Positions 61,986 through 64,000 of a stretch of DNA of 64,000 nt are shown piece by piece. This DNA is from an uncultured delta proteobacterium (GTDB taxonomy: Bacteria; Myxococcota_A; Polyangia; Polyangiales; Polyangiaceae): the NCBI GenBank assembly GCA_963782055.1, contig CAWAIF010000003.1, positions 4,384,001-4,448,000 on the forward strand, written 5' to 3'. A program made the position numbers and the translations under genes. The stretch's first letter is position 1. Every line of letters starts with the position of its first letter. Under the pieces are notes generated by a model that ran no database searches, had not been told where the DNA came from, and saw only the letters and a program-made list of their open reading frames with translations.

Positions 61986-62831
61986 TCAGGGCAGCGCGTC
62001 GAGGGGGCTCTGAATCGACTGCACGCGGGCGGTGCTCACGTGCAGGTAGGCCATCGTGCTCCTGAGCGACGCGTGCCCGAGCAAGACCTGCAACGTGCGA
62101 AGGTCGGTCCCTGCGTCGAGCAGGTGCGTGGCGAAGCTGTGGCGCAGCGTGTGCGGCGACACGCGCCGGGTGATGCCCGCGCGCCGCGCCGCCTTGAGGA
62201 TCGCCCGGTGGACGGCCGCGCGCGTGAGGAGCGTCCCGGGCACGCGCCCCGGAAACAGTTGCGGTCCTGCGGGTCGTGACGCCTTCCAGTACGCGCGCAG
62301 CGTCGCCAGCAGCCTCGCGCTGAGCATCACGTAGCGCTCACGCCCGCGCTTGGTGTGCCGCACGTGCAGGAGCATCCGCTTCGGATCGATGTCGTCCACC
62401 CGGAGCTTGCACACCTCGCTCACGCGCAGCCCCGCCCCGTAGGCGAGCATCACCAGGGCCCGGTGCTTGTGGCTCGTGAGCGACGCGAGCAGCCGCGCCA
62501 CCTCCGCGCTCGTCAGCACCACCGGCACGTGCATCGGCACCCGCATGCGCGCCATCCCCAGCGTCGCCTCCGGCCGCTCCAGCGTCACCTCGTAGAGAAA
62601 CCTCAGCGCGGCCGCGTGCACGTTGACCGTCAGCGCCGCCAGCCTGCGCTCCGCCACCAGGTGCAAAAGGAACGTCCGGATCTCCGCCGCCCCCAGCGCG
62701 CACGGCGACCGCCCGTGGTACTGCGCGAACCGCCGCACGCACCCCACGTACGTGGCGATCGTGTTGGCGCTCATCCCTCGCAGCGCGAGGTCCTCGCTCA
62801 TCGTGTCCCGCAGTCTTCGCTTCGCACCCAT
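61986..62831 (-). CDS. Tyrosine recombinase/integrase
   Basis: GLRVSE, HTLRHSFATH, LLGH, TMAY. Confidence 0.93.
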   Translation of the reverse strand: MGAKRRLRDTMSEDLALRGMSANTIATYVGCVRRFAQYHGRSPCALGAAEIRTFLLHLVAERRLAALTVNVHAAALRFLYEVTLERPEATLGMARMRVPMHVPVVLTSAEVARLLASLTSHKHRALVMLAYGAGLRVSEVCKLRVDDIDPKRMLLHVRHTKRGRERYVMLSARLLATLRAYWKASRPAGPQLFPGRVPGTLLTRAAVHRAILKAARRAGITRRVSPHTLRHSFATHLLDAGTDLRTLQVLLGHASLRSTMAYLHVSTARVQSIQSPLDALP

Positions 62832-63009
62832 CGCGGCCTCCTTCGGCTCCGCGCGCGCCCACGAGCGGGCGGCGCGCGCCGCAGGATCGCCCGCATCACG
62901 GCACGCGAGGGCTACGAGGCGGGCTCGTCAGCGCGCACACGGCTCGCGGGGCTCCCGGGTCGCGAGCGAGCTTGATGCGGAGCCACGCTGCCGCGCAGCG
63001 GCTTCGTCC

Positions 63010-63062
63010 AAGATGGGTTTCGTAAACTTTCGCGCCCGACCGCGCTAGGATTTCCTATGCGC
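63010..63062 (+). repeat. Repeat A copy R14, right half
   Basis: AAGATGGGTTTCGTAAAC...TTTCCTATGCGC. Confidence 0.95.
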
Positions 63063-63118
63063 CGGCGGATGCGTTGCTGCGGGTGACCTCGACCTGCCGC
63101 ACCGGGCCGCCCTGGCGC

Positions 63119-63495
63119 TCAGCGCGCGAAGGCGATGACGTGGCCGTCGGGATCGAAGAGGTACGCGACGCTCGCGCCCCAGTCGCGCGGCTGGAGCTCG
63201 CTGATCATCCGTGCCCCCGCGGCGAGCGCGCGCGCCACGTGGGCCTCCGCGTCGGGCACGACGAGGTAGATCTCCGCTCGCGGTGCGCCGCTCGCACGGG
63301 AGGGGTCGACGGCATCACCGAGCAGCCGCGCGACGCCGCGCTCGGGCATGAGCCGAGCACGCAGCCGCCGAGGTCGAACTCGGTCATGCCGGGCACGTCG
63401 AGCGACGGCGCGACGTCGAAGACGCGGCTGTAGAAGTCTCGGCTCGCCGCCTGATCGCGGACGTAGAAGATGAAGTGCGCGCGCGACACGGTCAT
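63119..63495 (-). pseudogene. VOC/glyoxalase family protein with 1-nt frameshift near 63352
   Basis: FYVRDQAASRDFY in one frame, RDWG...DPDGHVI in another. Confidence 0.75.
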
Positions 63496-63615
63496 CTCGC
63501 GAGAATCGCACGGCGGGCTCGAAACGTCGCGCGTGGGCTCTACACGGAGCCCGCTGCGACGTCGGCGCGGCACGAGAGGCTTGTTGGACGACGGAGACTT
63601 CGCGCAGCCCGCGAA

Positions 63616-64000
63616 TCAGGCGACGTTCGCGGCGGCGCCGGCGGCCCAGAAGGCTCTCGCGGCCGCGAGCGGACCCGCGCCGAGGATCGCCACCATGACG
63701 GCGGTGAGCTGACGCGTGACGCCGTCATCGGTCGCCGTCTCCACCAGCGTGCGCACGCCAGCGTGCGGATCGGTGCCGTGGGCGGCCAGGATGGAGAGCA
63801 GCCGGCGCTCGCCGAGCGCGTCGACGAGGTCGTTCGACGCGAGGAGGAAGACGTCGCGCTCGCGGACGTCGGTGACCGTGGTGGGGATCTCGGGCGGTGC
63901 CTCCATGCCGAGCGCCCGCACCAGCACGTTCCGAGGGAACGCGGCGCGGGCCTCGAGGTCGGCCGCCTGCACGGCACCCTGGTCGGCGAGGTGGTTCAAG
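63616..64000 (-). CDS. PP2C-type Ser/Thr phosphatase-like protein, partial
   Basis: RNVLVRALG, DVFLLASNDL, LTAVMV. Confidence 0.6.
   Translation of the reverse strand, partial: LNHLADQGAVQAADLEARAAFPRNVLVRALGMEAPPEIPTTVTDVRERDVFLLASNDLVDALGERRLLSILAAHGTDPHAGVRTLVETATDDGVTRQLTAVMVAILGAGPLAAARAFWAAGAAANVA

Larger units (their letters stand above)
57427..63009 (-). mobile_element. Tyrosine-recombinase + IS91-transposase element inserted into R14
   Basis: Lies exactly between the two halves of R14; hairpin GCTGC-CGC-GCAGC near the right end. Confidence 0.85.
27489..63062 (+). mobile_element. Array of 14 x 100-bp repeat A separating captured DNA segments
   Basis: Consensus CACCCTGGTCCGTCCTTCCAGTGACACCGGACGGCCCCACTTCGCATAAGATGGATTYCGTAAACTTTCGCGCCCGACCGCGCTAGSATTTCCTATGCGC; starts 36 bp after the transposase stop; absent from 1-27 kb. 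Confidence 0.85.

Noticed and set aside
61986..62831. Integron integrase serving the repeats as attC sites
   Set aside because: Short recombinase without an evident IntI insertion; it sits inside an element that disrupts a repeat; repeats lack RYYYAAC...GTTRRRY ends; cargo is cut mid-gene
27489..63062. CRISPR array
   Set aside because: Repeat is 100 bp, spacers range 0-7.8 kb, and no cas genes are in the window

Overview
Very GC-rich DNA, most likely from a Sorangiineae/Polyangiaceae-type myxobacterium (inferred from Hanks Ser/Thr kinases and many Cys-rich lipoproteins with 'DAG' linkers). Bases 1-25.6 kb are ordinary chromosomal backbone: Ni transporter, acyl-CoA ligase, ECF sigma, TetR/SDR with twin operators, CPA2 antiporter, two kinases, OatA-like acyltransferase and a phosphatase. 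At 25731 an intact ISCR/IS91-type HUH transposase is followed by a ~35.5 kb array (27489-63062) of 14 copies of a 100-bp structured repeat whose 3' end resembles an ISCR oriIS. The repeats separate unrelated DNA segments of 0-7.8 kb, and several genes are cut exactly at a repeat: kdpD, RHS pieces, an IS1380 copy and lipoproteins. Cargo includes a kdp operon, an RHS toxin-immunity tip, ~10 secreted or lipoprotein genes and a fragment of a second ISCR-like element. The array has been invaded by IS1380 (x2), IS256 and an integrase+IS91 element that itself carries an IS66. The best candidate for an undescribed system is this ISCR-associated 'ori-repeat' capture array. Misassembly at a dispersed MITE must be excluded with long reads.
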